From NCBI GenBank assembly GCA_002009975.1, contig MTLP01000036.1, forward strand, positions 1-64,000: a stretch of 64,000 bases of DNA, written 5' to 3'. Under the pieces are notes generated by a model, which saw only the letters and a program-made list of their open reading frames with translations, was not told the origin of the DNA and made no database searches. How positions within the stretch are numbered: the first letter of the stretch is position 1; the number at the start of each line of letters is the position of its first letter. This DNA comes from Thermococcus sp. JdFR-02 (GTDB taxonomy: Archaea > Methanobacteriota_B > Thermococci > Thermococcales > Thermococcaceae). The position numbers and the translations under genes are program-made. This document shows, in pieces, positions 1 to 10,278 of this stretch.

Positions 1-104
1 TCAGGAGCAATTGCCGGAACCCTTATCAATTCCATCAAGGTATTAACCATCTCATCCCCAAGCCTCTCAACCTCCCAAGAAACCTCAGCCAAAACACCAC
101 TCAT
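1..104 (-). CDS. M20 family (ArgE/DapE-like) metallopeptidase/deacylase, N-terminal part (runs off window)
   Basis: Manual translation MSGVLAEVSWEVERLGDEMVNTLMELIRVPAIAP, typical M20 N-terminus; AGGTGG RBS; follows the OPT transporter. Confidence 0.65.
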   Translation of the reverse strand, partial: MSGVLAEVSWEVERLGDEMVNTLMELIRVPAIAP

Positions 105-179
105 CGTTACCACCTTCTAAATTCTCAACCCAATAATTTAAACAACTTTTGGTACAAAACAAAAAGAAAAGAGGAAAAA

Positions 180-2063
180 TCACTCTTTAATTTCTTTCTT
201 ACCAACAGTGTAGAGCCAAGCCAATATAGCGACTAAGAAGATTACTCCGAGCACATTGCTTGTAAATGCAATTGATGGTGCCTTATCTGCAACAATGAGT
301 GCTGCAAAGAAGATACCCATTATTGCCTCTCCCGCTATAAGCCCTGCTGCTCCTAAAACTCCAGCGTCTGTTGGCTTTTCTTCAACTTTGTCTCCCCTTG
401 CCTTGTTTACTAAGTGCCTAACTATACCACCTATGAATATTGGAATACCTAAGCTCAATGGCAAGTAAATTCCAACTGCAACTGGCATTACCGGTGTTCT
501 GAACTTTGAACCTTTCATAGCCAAAATTTCGTCGAGAACTATTAATGCAATAGCAATTCCAGCACCGATGTACACCATGTTCCATTCAAGTGTTCCTTTG
601 AAGACACCCTCTGTAACTTTAGCCATTAAGAAAGCTTGTGGTGCTGGTAATGGGTTAGCCTTTGCAGTTGGTGTTCCAGCGATACCGTAAGCTTTAATGA
701 GCAAGTTGAGAACGGGAGCCATGACCAAAGCTGCAAAAAACGTTCCCACAATCTCAAATATTTGTTGTCTCTTTGGAGTTGCTCCAACTAAGTAACCAGT
801 TGCTAAGTCTTGCATTGTGTCTCCAGCAATTGCAGCTGCAGTACATATAACGGCTGCAACTAAGATTGTTGCAGCCATTCCTTCAGTTCCACTTAATCCA
901 AGGGCTTTGAGGACTAAAGCTGTGAAAAGTAGGCTCATTATTGTAATACCTGAAACTGGATTGTTTGATGAACCAACTACACCAGCCAAATAACCGGCTA
1001 TTGAGCTTCCTAAGAATCCAATTATTAGTAAGATCACTGCCATTATTGCGGCTATTCCAACTGAAGCTATGATTTTTGTATATAGAAGGAACAATGGTAT
1101 AACGAATGCCACTATTAGCATTAAGACATAGTTTAATGGCAAGTCTTCTTCAGTTCTTAACACGTCATCTCCTGCTTGTCTTCTCTTTGTAACTTCAAGT
1201 CCCGCTTTTATACCTCTAATTATTGGTTTTCTGAGCTTTACTAGGCTCCATAGACCACCAACAACCATTGCACCTACTCCCATGTACCTGATCTTTGTGC
1301 TCCATGTCACCCATGCTAAATCTAATGCACTTAATCCATTTGGATTCCCGGTTTTAGCTACATAGATGGGGATAGCAATAAACCAAGCAATTGCACCACC
1401 TAAAAATACCAAGAAAGCAATATTTAAACCAACGATATAACCAACGCTAACTAAAGCTGCTGAAAGGTCACTTCCAATGTAAAGAACTCTTGAACCAATG
1501 AATTTAGCGCTCTCAACGGCTGGTGCCCAAAGCTTCATGCTGCCTAAGAGCTTATAGAGACCACCAAAGATACCACCAAAAAAGATTGGCTTTGCATGAC
1601 TTCCTCCTTTGTCTCCAGCGATCAAAACTTCAGCACATGCAGTTCCCTCTGGATATGGAAGCTTTTCTTCAGCAATAAAAGCTCTTCTTAAGACAACTGT
1701 AAATAATGCTCCTAATGAACCACCAAGTGCTGCAATTATTGTAACCAACCAATAGGGAAACTCTGTGAAATAGTTTAAGACTATTAAAGCTGGCAATGTA
1801 AATATTACACCTGCTGCCAGTGATTCACCTGCAGATGCTGCAGTTTGAACCATATTATTCTCAAGAATGTTCCTGTCTTTAAATGCCATTAATATTGCCA
1901 TTGAAATAACTGCTGCTGGAATGCTTGCTGAAACTGTCATTCCAGCATACATGCCCAAATATGCATTGGCTGCACCCATTATTATTGAAAGAACTATACC
2001 CAGAAGAAATGCTTTAATAGTGTACTCCGGGAGGGACTTCTCTGGTGGAACATAAGGCTTCAT
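180..2063 (-). CDS. OPT family oligopeptide transporter
   Basis: 627 aa polytopic membrane protein with NAYLG...SASIPAAV, LPYPEGTA and GSSNNPVSG motifs. Confidence 0.93.
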   Translation of the reverse strand: MKPYVPPEKSLPEYTIKAFLLGIVLSIIMGAANAYLGMYAGMTVSASIPAAVISMAILMAFKDRNILENNMVQTAASAGESLAAGVIFTLPALIVLNYFTEFPYWLVTIIAALGGSLGALFTVVLRRAFIAEEKLPYPEGTACAEVLIAGDKGGSHAKPIFFGGIFGGLYKLLGSMKLWAPAVESAKFIGSRVLYIGSDLSAALVSVGYIVGLNIAFLVFLGGAIAWFIAIPIYVAKTGNPNGLSALDLAWVTWSTKIRYMGVGAMVVGGLWSLVKLRKPIIRGIKAGLEVTKRRQAGDDVLRTEEDLPLNYVLMLIVAFVIPLFLLYTKIIASVGIAAIMAVILLIIGFLGSSIAGYLAGVVGSSNNPVSGITIMSLLFTALVLKALGLSGTEGMAATILVAAVICTAAAIAGDTMQDLATGYLVGATPKRQQIFEIVGTFFAALVMAPVLNLLIKAYGIAGTPTAKANPLPAPQAFLMAKVTEGVFKGTLEWNMVYIGAGIAIALIVLDEILAMKGSKFRTPVMPVAVGIYLPLSLGIPIFIGGIVRHLVNKARGDKVEEKPTDAGVLGAAGLIAGEAIMGIFFAALIVADKAPSIAFTSNVLGVIFLVAILAWLYTVGKKEIKE

Positions 2064-2388
2064 TGTCTATGCACCTCCAAGTTTTTTTGTGCAAATTAAT
2101 CCATTTTAGTGTACTTTTAAAGCTTTTTTGGTAATATTGCACAAATTATATAACTAATTGTTACATGAATTTTGTTAATATATTGCTCAATAGAAACAAA
2201 TTCGAAACCAATTAAATGAAAATAATCTCAATATTAATCAGAGAGTTATAGAAAATCATCAAATGTACACATGTATCCATAATAAATTAAAGATACTTCA
2301 ACTGCTATTTCTTCATAATTTTCCAAATTCTTATATATTTAGCACCATATATATCCAATCATGGATAAAAAGGATGGAGGGCGAAATA

Positions 2389-3204
2389 ATGGTAGAAATT
2401 ACTTTTTTGGGCAGCGGCGGCGGTAGATTCATAACAATAACTCAACTTCGTTCCACAGGAGGGTTTTTCATAAAATCCTCCAAAAGTATTTACGTTGACC
2501 CAGGACCGGGAGCATTAGTGAGAGCGTGGCGATACAAGATAGATCCAAGGAAAATTGATATTCTCTTTATTTCTCATAGGCATACTGACCATTGCAACGA
2601 CGCTGAGGTAATAGTGGAAGGAATGACTATGGGAGTAACAAAAAAGCGAGGTACTATTATTGCCGCACGAAGTGTAATTGAGGGGGATGAAGAGCACACA
2701 CCAGCACTCTCAAGCTATCATTTAAATTCACTTGAGGAAGTTTATACACCAAAACCAGGAGATAAAATCAGTTTAGGAAATGATACTCTCTTAATAACCC
2801 CTTCTTTGCATTCTGACCCAAGCAATATTGGGTTTCGACTTAAAACACCTGAAGGAGACATTTCTTACATTTCAGACACACAATACTTTGAAGAGCTAAA
2901 AGAGTGGCATGAAGGGGCAAGAGTCATGATAACAAGCATAACTCGACCTAAGGATATGAGAATTCCCTATCACCTCTGTACTGAGGATGTAATCTATTTG
3001 CTAAAGTCAATGAAAGAAAAACCAGAGGTTGTTGTCATGACTCATATAGGAATGAAAATGCACTTTGCTAGCCCATACAAAGAAGCTTCATTTATTCAAA
3101 ACGTTACGGGAGTTAAAACCATAGTTGCTAAAGAGGGATTCAAAATAATCATGAGAAATAATGACATATTCTTTAGGACCCTAAAACCCGCAAGAAACGT
3201 CTAA
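2389..3204 (+). CDS. Metallo-beta-lactamase fold hydrolase
   Basis: ITFLGSGGG, DPGPG and SHRHTDH motifs; start reassigned to ATG 2389 after GGAGG RBS. Confidence 0.88.
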   Translation: MVEITFLGSGGGRFITITQLRSTGGFFIKSSKSIYVDPGPGALVRAWRYKIDPRKIDILFISHRHTDHCNDAEVIVEGMTMGVTKKRGTIIAARSVIEGDEEHTPALSSYHLNSLEEVYTPKPGDKISLGNDTLLITPSLHSDPSNIGFRLKTPEGDISYISDTQYFEELKEWHEGARVMITSITRPKDMRIPYHLCTEDVIYLLKSMKEKPEVVVMTHIGMKMHFASPYKEASFIQNVTGVKTIVAKEGFKIIMRNNDIFFRTLKPARNV

Positions 3205-3209
3205 TAAAT

Positions 3210-4565
3210 TTAAGAAGATAGGGAAAAGATAACTTTCAAAACCAAATTATATGCTAACTCAAAGAGTTCTTTCATCCTCTTCTCATTTTGACCCTCAATA
3301 ACAACCCTAATCTTTGGTTCTGTCCCGCTTGGTCTAACTAAAACCCAAGAGCCATCCTTTAAGTTTAACCTAATTCCAGATATTGTCATGACTTCAGCAG
3401 TTTCATTCTTCAGTTTTTCTTCAAGCTCTCTTTTTACAATTTCCATAACCTTTGGCTTTAATTCATCTGGGCATCTGACGTTCTTATGTATCATTGGATA
3501 TTGTGGAATATCTTTTACAATTTCTGAAAGGGGCTTCCCTTCTTGATCTATTAGCTTGATTAGAAGCCCTATGGTCACAAAACTATCAATCCACAAACCA
3601 AACTTTGGATGAATGAACTTCCATGGCTCAGCTGCGAATATTGCATTATACTTCTTTATTCCATCATGAAGCTGACCTAAAGGAACGCGATAAACTTTTC
3701 CATCAACTTCCCCCACAACTTTATCGATCCTAAAAGATGTGTTTATTGACACTACAACGTTACCTCCACCATATTCTTCGGCATAAAGCTTTGCAAAAAG
3801 TGCTATTAATGTATCTTCCTCAATGTAATTGCCCTTTTCATCAATCACTGCAATTCTATCTGCGTCTCCATCTTGGGCAATTGCTAAATCCATTTTTAGC
3901 TCTCTAACTAACTTTGGCAAATAATCAATGTTCTTTTTCACTGGTTCGGGTTTTCTACCTGGAAAATGACCATCAACATGAGAATTCAGGCTTATCACTT
4001 TAGCTCCCATTTTTCTCAAAAGATAAGGAGTTACAACACTTCCTGCACCATTTGCTAAATCAACTAAAACCTTTAATTTCGTCTCATGATTTACATACCT
4101 TAAGATTTGCTCCATGTATTCTTCTCTTAAATCAAGTTCCTGAATATTGCCAATTTCATCCCATTTTGCTCTTCTGTAGCTTTTAGAGAAGATTATTTTT
4201 TCAAGCTCTTCCTCCTCTTCAAGGAAAAATTCAATGCCTTTCGAATTGAATACTTTAATTCCATTGTCAGTTGGAGGATTATGAGACGCTGTAATCATAA
4301 CCCCTGCATCACCAAGCTTGTTTGTAGAGTAAGCGAGCATTGGGGTTGGGATAAGACCAAGTTTAATGACATCACTTCCAGCACTTAGAAGACCGCTTAT
4401 CAAAGCATTCTCAAGCATTACACTTGAAGTTCTTACATCTCTTCCGACTACGACCTTCCCTCCACCGATATAAGTTCCAAGGGCTTTTCCAACGTTCAAA
4501 GCAAGCTCTGGAGTCACCTTAGAATCAATCGGACCTCTAATTCCAGCTGTTCCGAATAATCTCAT
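3210..4565 (-). CDS. Alpha-D-phosphohexomutase superfamily protein, probably archaeal phosphopentomutase
   Basis: FGTAGIRG, TASHNP, DGDADR and RPSGTEP motifs; atypical sugar-binding loop AAEPWK; position next to the maltodextrin locus. Confidence 0.85.
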   Translation of the reverse strand: MRLFGTAGIRGPIDSKVTPELALNVGKALGTYIGGGKVVVGRDVRTSSVMLENALISGLLSAGSDVIKLGLIPTPMLAYSTNKLGDAGVMITASHNPPTDNGIKVFNSKGIEFFLEEEEELEKIIFSKSYRRAKWDEIGNIQELDLREEYMEQILRYVNHETKLKVLVDLANGAGSVVTPYLLRKMGAKVISLNSHVDGHFPGRKPEPVKKNIDYLPKLVRELKMDLAIAQDGDADRIAVIDEKGNYIEEDTLIALFAKLYAEEYGGGNVVVSINTSFRIDKVVGEVDGKVYRVPLGQLHDGIKKYNAIFAAEPWKFIHPKFGLWIDSFVTIGLLIKLIDQEGKPLSEIVKDIPQYPMIHKNVRCPDELKPKVMEIVKRELEEKLKNETAEVMTISGIRLNLKDGSWVLVRPSGTEPKIRVVIEGQNEKRMKELFELAYNLVLKVIFSLSS

Positions 4566-4628
4566 GAGCGCCACCAAGTTAATCTACTATCTCGTCTTAT
4601 ATATCTTTTTGACAAAAGTTTGTAAAGT

Positions 4629-5033
4629 TTATCGCTCAAGCTTGTAGATGGCTAATCCTTTATAGTTTTCAAGCTTTAATTTTCTCGGCATTTCATCTAA
4701 GGAAAACGGTAGAATATATAAAGGTACTTTGAGCTTATTTGAAAGGTTTATTAGATAATTTACCATTTCTGGAGTTGGTCTGACAGAATAAATAGCCTTA
4801 ACATCTTTATAAACCTCTAAGCTTGGTTCAAAAATATTGTCAACCAAAGCTTTCAATCCAAGCTCAGAAGCTTTTTTTACAGAATCTTTGTTCCAATCAA
4901 CAACAATAACATCAAAACCAAATTCTTTCAATTTTAGAGCAACTTTAAAGTTGTATCCCACCCCAATTTCAACTATCCTTCCACCTCTAAGCTTTTTGAA
5001 TAAATATTCCGCAAATTTCTCCATAGGCATCAC
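4629..5033 (-). CDS. UPF0146 family protein
   Basis: IVEIGVG...DNIFEPSLEVYK...IYSVRP pattern. Confidence 0.8.
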   Translation of the reverse strand: MMPMEKFAEYLFKKLRGGRIVEIGVGYNFKVALKLKEFGFDVIVVDWNKDSVKKASELGLKALVDNIFEPSLEVYKDVKAIYSVRPTPEMVNYLINLSNKLKVPLYILPFSLDEMPRKLKLENYKGLAIYKLER

Positions 5034-5065
5034 AAAGAAAATAGGATAGAAGGTTAAAAAAGTTA

Positions 5066-6193
5066 CTAAACAATAGCTTTTTTGGTCTTTTTGTCAAAGA
5101 CATGTGCTTTTGTCATGTCAAAGACAACTTCAACTTCCTGTCCTTCCTTAACTTGAGATTCTGGATGGAATGATGCAACAAAGCTTAGGTCACCAACTTT
5201 GAGGTAAACTATCTTCTCACTTCCCAAGGGTTCAACGACATCGACTACAGCTTTAACCATGTTTTCTCCTGGTATCTTGACTTGAGCAAAAATTGCATCA
5301 TAGATATCCTCTGGTCTAATTCCAAAGATAGCTTCCTTTCCAATGTAGTTCTGCTCCCTAAGGACTTCTCCAACATCATCAGTTAGCTTTAACTTGAACT
5401 CCCCAAAGTCCACCCATACGCCCTTTTCATCCTCAATTACTGATGCATCCAGGAAATTCATTGGAGGAGAACCTATGAATCCTCCTACAAAAACATTTGC
5501 AGGGTTGTGGTAGACATCATCTGGTGTTCCAACTTGTTGCAAAACTCCTTGATTAATCACGGCTATTCTGTCTCCCATTGTCATTGCCTCAACTTGATCA
5601 TGAGTAACATAAATTGTAGTAACACCGAGTTGTTTTTGGAGCTTCTTCAATTCAGCCCTCATTCTAACTCTAAGCTTTGCATCTAAGTTTGAAAGAGGCT
5701 CATCCATGAGAAAAACTTGGGGTTGTCTAACTATTGCTCTTCCAAGTGCCACTCTCTGTCTCTGACCGCCACTTAGCTCTCTTGGCTTTCTCTTCAACAG
5801 ATTGCTTAAACCGAGCATCTCTGCAACTTCCTTTACTCTTTTATCGATTTCTTGCTTTGGGACTTTTCTAAGCTTTAGTGGGAATGCTATGTTGTCATAA
5901 ACACTCATGTGAGGATAAAGAGCATAGCTTTGGAAAACCATCGCAATATCCCTGTCTTTTGGTGGGATAAATATGCCCTTCTCTGGATCAGCCACTACTC
6001 TATCGCCTATGTATACTTGCCCCAATGTAGGTTCTTCCAATCCAGCTATCATTCTCAAGGTCGTAGTTTTTCCACAACCGCTTGGTCCTAAAAGGATCAT
6101 GAATTCTCCATCTTTAACTTCAAGGGTCATATCCTTAACTGCCTCAACTTCTCCAAACTTCTTCCATACATGAACTAATTTAACTTCTGCCAT
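5066..6193 (-). CDS. malK: Maltodextrin ABC transporter ATP-binding subunit
   Basis: GPSGCGKT, LSGGQRQR, DEPLSNLD and C-terminal TOBE domain; last gene of the sugar operon. Confidence 0.93.
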   Translation of the reverse strand: MAEVKLVHVWKKFGEVEAVKDMTLEVKDGEFMILLGPSGCGKTTTLRMIAGLEEPTLGQVYIGDRVVADPEKGIFIPPKDRDIAMVFQSYALYPHMSVYDNIAFPLKLRKVPKQEIDKRVKEVAEMLGLSNLLKRKPRELSGGQRQRVALGRAIVRQPQVFLMDEPLSNLDAKLRVRMRAELKKLQKQLGVTTIYVTHDQVEAMTMGDRIAVINQGVLQQVGTPDDVYHNPANVFVGGFIGSPPMNFLDASVIEDEKGVWVDFGEFKLKLTDDVGEVLREQNYIGKEAIFGIRPEDIYDAIFAQVKIPGENMVKAVVDVVEPLGSEKIVYLKVGDLSFVASFHPESQVKEGQEVEVVFDMTKAHVFDKKTKKAIV

Positions 6194-6224
6194 TTCAACC
6201 ACCTTTAAATATTAAATAGAGGGA

Positions 6225-9200
6225 TCAAAGACTCCTTTTTCTAAAGAGCAATGGCAATAGTGATAACCATAGTATTGCAATTGGACCACAAATACCTTTT
6301 GGTGGAGTTGTGGTTTCTGTTGGTGAGGGAGTTGTTGTTTCTTCTGTGGTTGTTGTAGTTTCTGTAGTAGTTGGTATTTTTGTAGTTTTTGTTTCTGTAG
6401 TTGTCGTTTTCGTGGTAGTTGTTTCTGTTGAAGTTGGGGTTGGCTTTGGTTTTGTGCCTTCAATTATTGGTATCATTAAAATGACAGCTCTCTTCCCTTC
6501 TTTTGCATTGTAAGTTTTTAACATTTCTTCCTGAGTTGGCTTAACTCCCTCTGGAACCAGAATATCATAAACTCTTGGTTGTACTCCAGCAATAACCGCT
6601 TGAGCATCTGCTCCTCCGCCTTTCCACTCTTCCGCCTCTACAGCTACTGGTCTCCACTTATCAGGACCATAACCATCTTGACTTCCTACAAGTATAGCCC
6701 CATATAAACCATACTCCTCGTTTATTTCGAGATATTGCTTTGGTAGTTCAACAATTATCGCATTCCTTGTTGGATCTGCTGAAATCTTTAGTTCACCTTG
6801 GATTGGCTTTTGCCCCGGCACTACTATTATGTTACCATAATCCCAACCAGCGATTCTTAAAGCGACATCCCATGGATGTGAAGGATCTAAATCAACGTTT
6901 GAACCTGGTCCATCTGGGAACATCTTAATAGCTGAACTATTACCGCCTTCTTTGAAATCAAAGTAAACTTCAATTATTTGCAGGCTAAAGCCATTAGGCC
7001 CATTCCATGGGTTACCACCAAGCTCTTTGAAGTAGAATTCTAATGTCCACTTGTTATCACCTTCAATCATCTTGAATTTAAGTAAGTCCAAGTGGTCTTC
7101 AACAAATACCTTGTTCTTAGCATAGACATAAGTGCCTGGACCATGGTCATCTCCTTCAATGTCTTTAATGACTATTCCTGTCTTTAAGAGTGGAATCATC
7201 TTAACTGTTGCCAATTTTCCTTCTTTTGCATCGTATGTTTTTAACATCTCTTCCTGAGTTGGCTTAACCCCTTCAGGAATCAGAATATCATAAACTCTTG
7301 GTTGTACTCCAGCAATAACAGCATCGACATCAGCTCCTCCGCCTTTCCACTCTTCCGCCTCTACAGCTACTGGTCTCCACTTATCAGGACCATAACCATC
7401 TTGTGAACCAATTAAGATTGCTCCAAACAATCCATATTCCTCGTTTATTTCTATGTAGTCCTTAGGAATTTTAACGATTATTGCGTTCTTAGTTGGATCT
7501 GCTGAAATTTGCAATTCCCCTTGCTTTGCTTCACCATTTGGCAACACAATTAAGTTTCCATAATCCCAACCAGCGATTCTTAAAGCAATATCCCAAGGAT
7601 GCTCTGGGTCTAATTGTACATTGCTTCCAGGTCCGTCTTGGAACATTTTAATGGCACTTGAATTTCCTCCATCTTTAAAGTCTAGATAAACTTCAATTAT
7701 TTGCAGGCTAAAGCCATTAGGCCCATTCCATGGGTTACCACCAAGCTCCTTGAAATAGAACTCCATGACATAGGCATCTGTTTGCTCAAGCATTCTGAAC
7801 CTTAGTAGGTCTAAGTGATCCTCAACAAATACTTTATTGGTTGCATACGTATAAGTCCCTGGACCATGGTCGTCTCCTTCAATGTCTTGGAGGTCAACAA
7901 TTGGGACTCCCTTAACTTCCATTGGCAACTTAAGCTCTATTGGAGTTGTTATGACCTCAAGTTCTCCATCCTTGATGGTCGAAATTGCAAAGTAAAAGTC
8001 CTCTGGGCTTTCTATGTAATCAAATGGAATAATTATCTCAACCCCACCATCTATCTCTTTGACCGTTGCTTCGCCAACTTTTTCTGAATTCTCATAATCT
8101 TTAGCTTCATAGATCTCTGCTTTTCCATCTTTATACAGCACGTGCTTTGTTATCAAGATTCCAATGCTGTCCTTGTTGTATGGGAACAACTCATATCTAA
8201 ACTCTTCTGGCTTTTCTTGTAGAAGTGTGAATGTGTTTCCAATTACCTTTCCTCTTTCATAAATACTTATCTCGAACTCGTTTAGGGTTCCTTTAATTAT
8301 GAAATGCATTCCTTCACTGTCAAAATAAACATCAAAACTTTGTGCTAATGTTGACATGCTTGAATAACTCTTCTTCTCATCTTTTCCAAGTCCCGAAATT
8401 TCTCTAAGTCTGTATGGCTGTCCATCAGGGAAATAGTTTCCGTAAAGGTAGCTTGGTGGTTCAACTTTTGCGTATTTATAGATCTCATAGAGATAAAGCT
8501 TGAGGTATCTATCAAAAGCCTCTTCGCCGCTAACAAATTGATCGCTTCCATACCACCAGAACCAGTCGCTTGCTTCAGCCCTAAGCAAATACTCATAGGC
8601 TTTGCTCCACTCCTGAGCGCTCATTTTATCTTTGTTCTCCATTAATGCTTTTCTTCCCAAATAAAGCCAGTACCAACCAACATTCTCTTGTGGCTCACCG
8701 ATCCAAGTACTTAGTGTACCATCCACCCAGCTTGACTCGATCCAGTATTGTTTTTCTTTAATGCCAACTAACTTGTAAAGCTCATTTAATGTCCCAGCTT
8801 CAAGTAATTTTTGCACTTTTTCTTCGCTTGTAAAGTCTAAGCGATCAAATTCTTGTAGTTTTAACTTATTCGCTTTATCTCCATACATTTGAATGTATTC
8901 GCTTGGAGTTACCGTCCTGATCAATCCCTGCTTTTGAAGTTCACTTAACTTTGAGTAAAGCTCTTCCAAGAAAATTTTACCATCAAACGGATAGTGCTCC
9001 CATGGATTTTCGCCATCTAAAGTCACAACATAAACCAAACTCCCATCGTAGTTCTTCTTTTGGATCTTTAGAAGTTCATTAACGAAATCTTCAACAGCTT
9101 GCTTTTGATTCATTCCGCTGTATCTAAATCCTACTCTATCACTTAGATCATGATTTCTTGGGAAGAGATAAATCTTCTTACCGTTAAATTCAGCAACCCA

Positions 9201-10277
9201 AGGTCTGTAATAGTTCTCAACGGTACTTGGAATGCCCATTCTATCAAGAACAAGTTGATCTGTCATCACCCATTGCCAGCCGTTATTTGCCAAAATTTCC
9301 AATGTTTTGTCATTTAAAGCACTTTCAGCAGCCCAACCACCCTTTGGAGCAACGTTTCCATCACTTAAGTATTTTTTATAAAGTTCGTGAGCTTTCTTAA
9401 CATGATCATCAAAATCCTGATACCAGCCAAAGTCATTTAAAATTGGTCCAATTGGATGAGCATATGGAACAACGGTAACTTCAATGTTGCCATTTCCAAT
9501 CAAGAAATTGGCATTTCTGTGAGCCTCGAATGTATGATTAAGCAACCACATTTGGTGCTGAAGCACTGTCTTAACATCGTCTCTTGTATAACCTCCAACA
9601 TGTCTTTTGTCGTAAAGTGCTTTTAGATCTTCATGCTCCATTATATATCCATAATCAATCCAAGCTAAGTTGAAAAATACCGCTAAGTCAATATAATCCT
9701 GCTCTGTAAATTCTGAGGTAATCTTTTTCTTTCGTTCTTCTAAAGGCAGATTTCCATATTTGGCAAAGGCTTGCTGTTGTTTATTTTTAATTTCAGTATA
9801 GCGCTTCCAGAACTCTCTATATGGATTCCCATTCTTATCAGCTACTGGCTCTCCATTCCAAGGTATTGTATGATCAAAGAATCCTCCCGGAGCTTGGAGC
9901 ATAAACCATTTTTCGTCAATAGTTAGAGGCTCACCATTTGCAATTTTTTCAGTTATAATTTGGTGCATATCCTTTTTACCATTCATGTAATCTGCTAATT
10001 GTGCGATTAATGAACCAGAAAGATCAATTGTGACATGGACATCTGGATATTTGCTAGCTATATACGCCATTTTCCAGTAGTTATTTGCAGCGTGTAATCT
10101 AACCCAAGGTCTGATGTAGATGTCTTGGATTGGGTCATAGTAGTAGGGTTGATGCTGATGCCAAACAATAACCACGTTCAATGGTTTTGGAGACTCAGCC
10201 TTAGCCGGAACAGTTAGAACACTAAATAGGATCAAAAAAGTTACAAATAGGGAAAGAGTCTTTTTCATCTTCATCAC
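6225..10277 (-). CDS. apu: GH57 amylopullulanase with two DOMON-like domains, Thr-rich linker and CGP-CTERM anchor
   Basis: Signal peptide; WHQHQP, GGWAAESA, LDGENPW and AEASDWFWW GH57 motifs; duplicated DDHGPGTY domain; GICGP + TM + basic tail. Confidence 0.95.
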   Translation of the reverse strand: MMKMKKTLSLFVTFLILFSVLTVPAKAESPKPLNVVIVWHQHQPYYYDPIQDIYIRPWVRLHAANNYWKMAYIASKYPDVHVTIDLSGSLIAQLADYMNGKKDMHQIITEKIANGEPLTIDEKWFMLQAPGGFFDHTIPWNGEPVADKNGNPYREFWKRYTEIKNKQQQAFAKYGNLPLEERKKKITSEFTEQDYIDLAVFFNLAWIDYGYIMEHEDLKALYDKRHVGGYTRDDVKTVLQHQMWLLNHTFEAHRNANFLIGNGNIEVTVVPYAHPIGPILNDFGWYQDFDDHVKKAHELYKKYLSDGNVAPKGGWAAESALNDKTLEILANNGWQWVMTDQLVLDRMGIPSTVENYYRPWVAEFNGKKIYLFPRNHDLSDRVGFRYSGMNQKQAVEDFVNELLKIQKKNYDGSLVYVVTLDGENPWEHYPFDGKIFLEELYSKLSELQKQGLIRTVTPSEYIQMYGDKANKLKLQEFDRLDFTSEEKVQKLLEAGTLNELYKLVGIKEKQYWIESSWVDGTLSTWIGEPQENVGWYWLYLGRKALMENKDKMSAQEWSKAYEYLLRAEASDWFWWYGSDQFVSGEEAFDRYLKLYLYEIYKYAKVEPPSYLYGNYFPDGQPYRLREISGLGKDEKKSYSSMSTLAQSFDVYFDSEGMHFIIKGTLNEFEISIYERGKVIGNTFTLLQEKPEEFRYELFPYNKDSIGILITKHVLYKDGKAEIYEAKDYENSEKVGEATVKEIDGGVEIIIPFDYIESPEDFYFAISTIKDGELEVITTPIELKLPMEVKGVPIVDLQDIEGDDHGPGTYTYATNKVFVEDHLDLLRFRMLEQTDAYVMEFYFKELGGNPWNGPNGFSLQIIEVYLDFKDGGNSSAIKMFQDGPGSNVQLDPEHPWDIALRIAGWDYGNLIVLPNGEAKQGELQISADPTKNAIIVKIPKDYIEINEEYGLFGAILIGSQDGYGPDKWRPVAVEAEEWKGGGADVDAVIAGVQPRVYDILIPEGVKPTQEEMLKTYDAKEGKLATVKMIPLLKTGIVIKDIEGDDHGPGTYVYAKNKVFVEDHLDLLKFKMIEGDNKWTLEFYFKELGGNPWNGPNGFSLQIIEVYFDFKEGGNSSAIKMFPDGPGSNVDLDPSHPWDVALRIAGWDYGNIIVVPGQKPIQGELKISADPTRNAIIVELPKQYLEINEEYGLYGAILVGSQDGYGPDKWRPVAVEAEEWKGGGADAQAVIAGVQPRVYDILVPEGVKPTQEEMLKTYNAKEGKRAVILMIPIIEGTKPKPTPTSTETTTTKTTTTETKTTKIPTTTETTTTTEETTTPSPTETTTPPKGICGPIAILWLSLLPLLFRKRSL
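6500..7890 (-). repeat. Intragenic tandem duplication (723-bp period) encoding the two DOMON-like domains of the amylopullulanase
   Basis: Identical DNA blocks 6610-6680/7333-7403 and 6964-7025/7687-7748. Confidence 0.9.
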
Positions 10278-10278
10278 C

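Noticed and set aside
6212-6513. Gln-rich and Val-rich ORFs
   Set aside because: Alternative-frame shadows of the Thr-rich amylopullulanase linker
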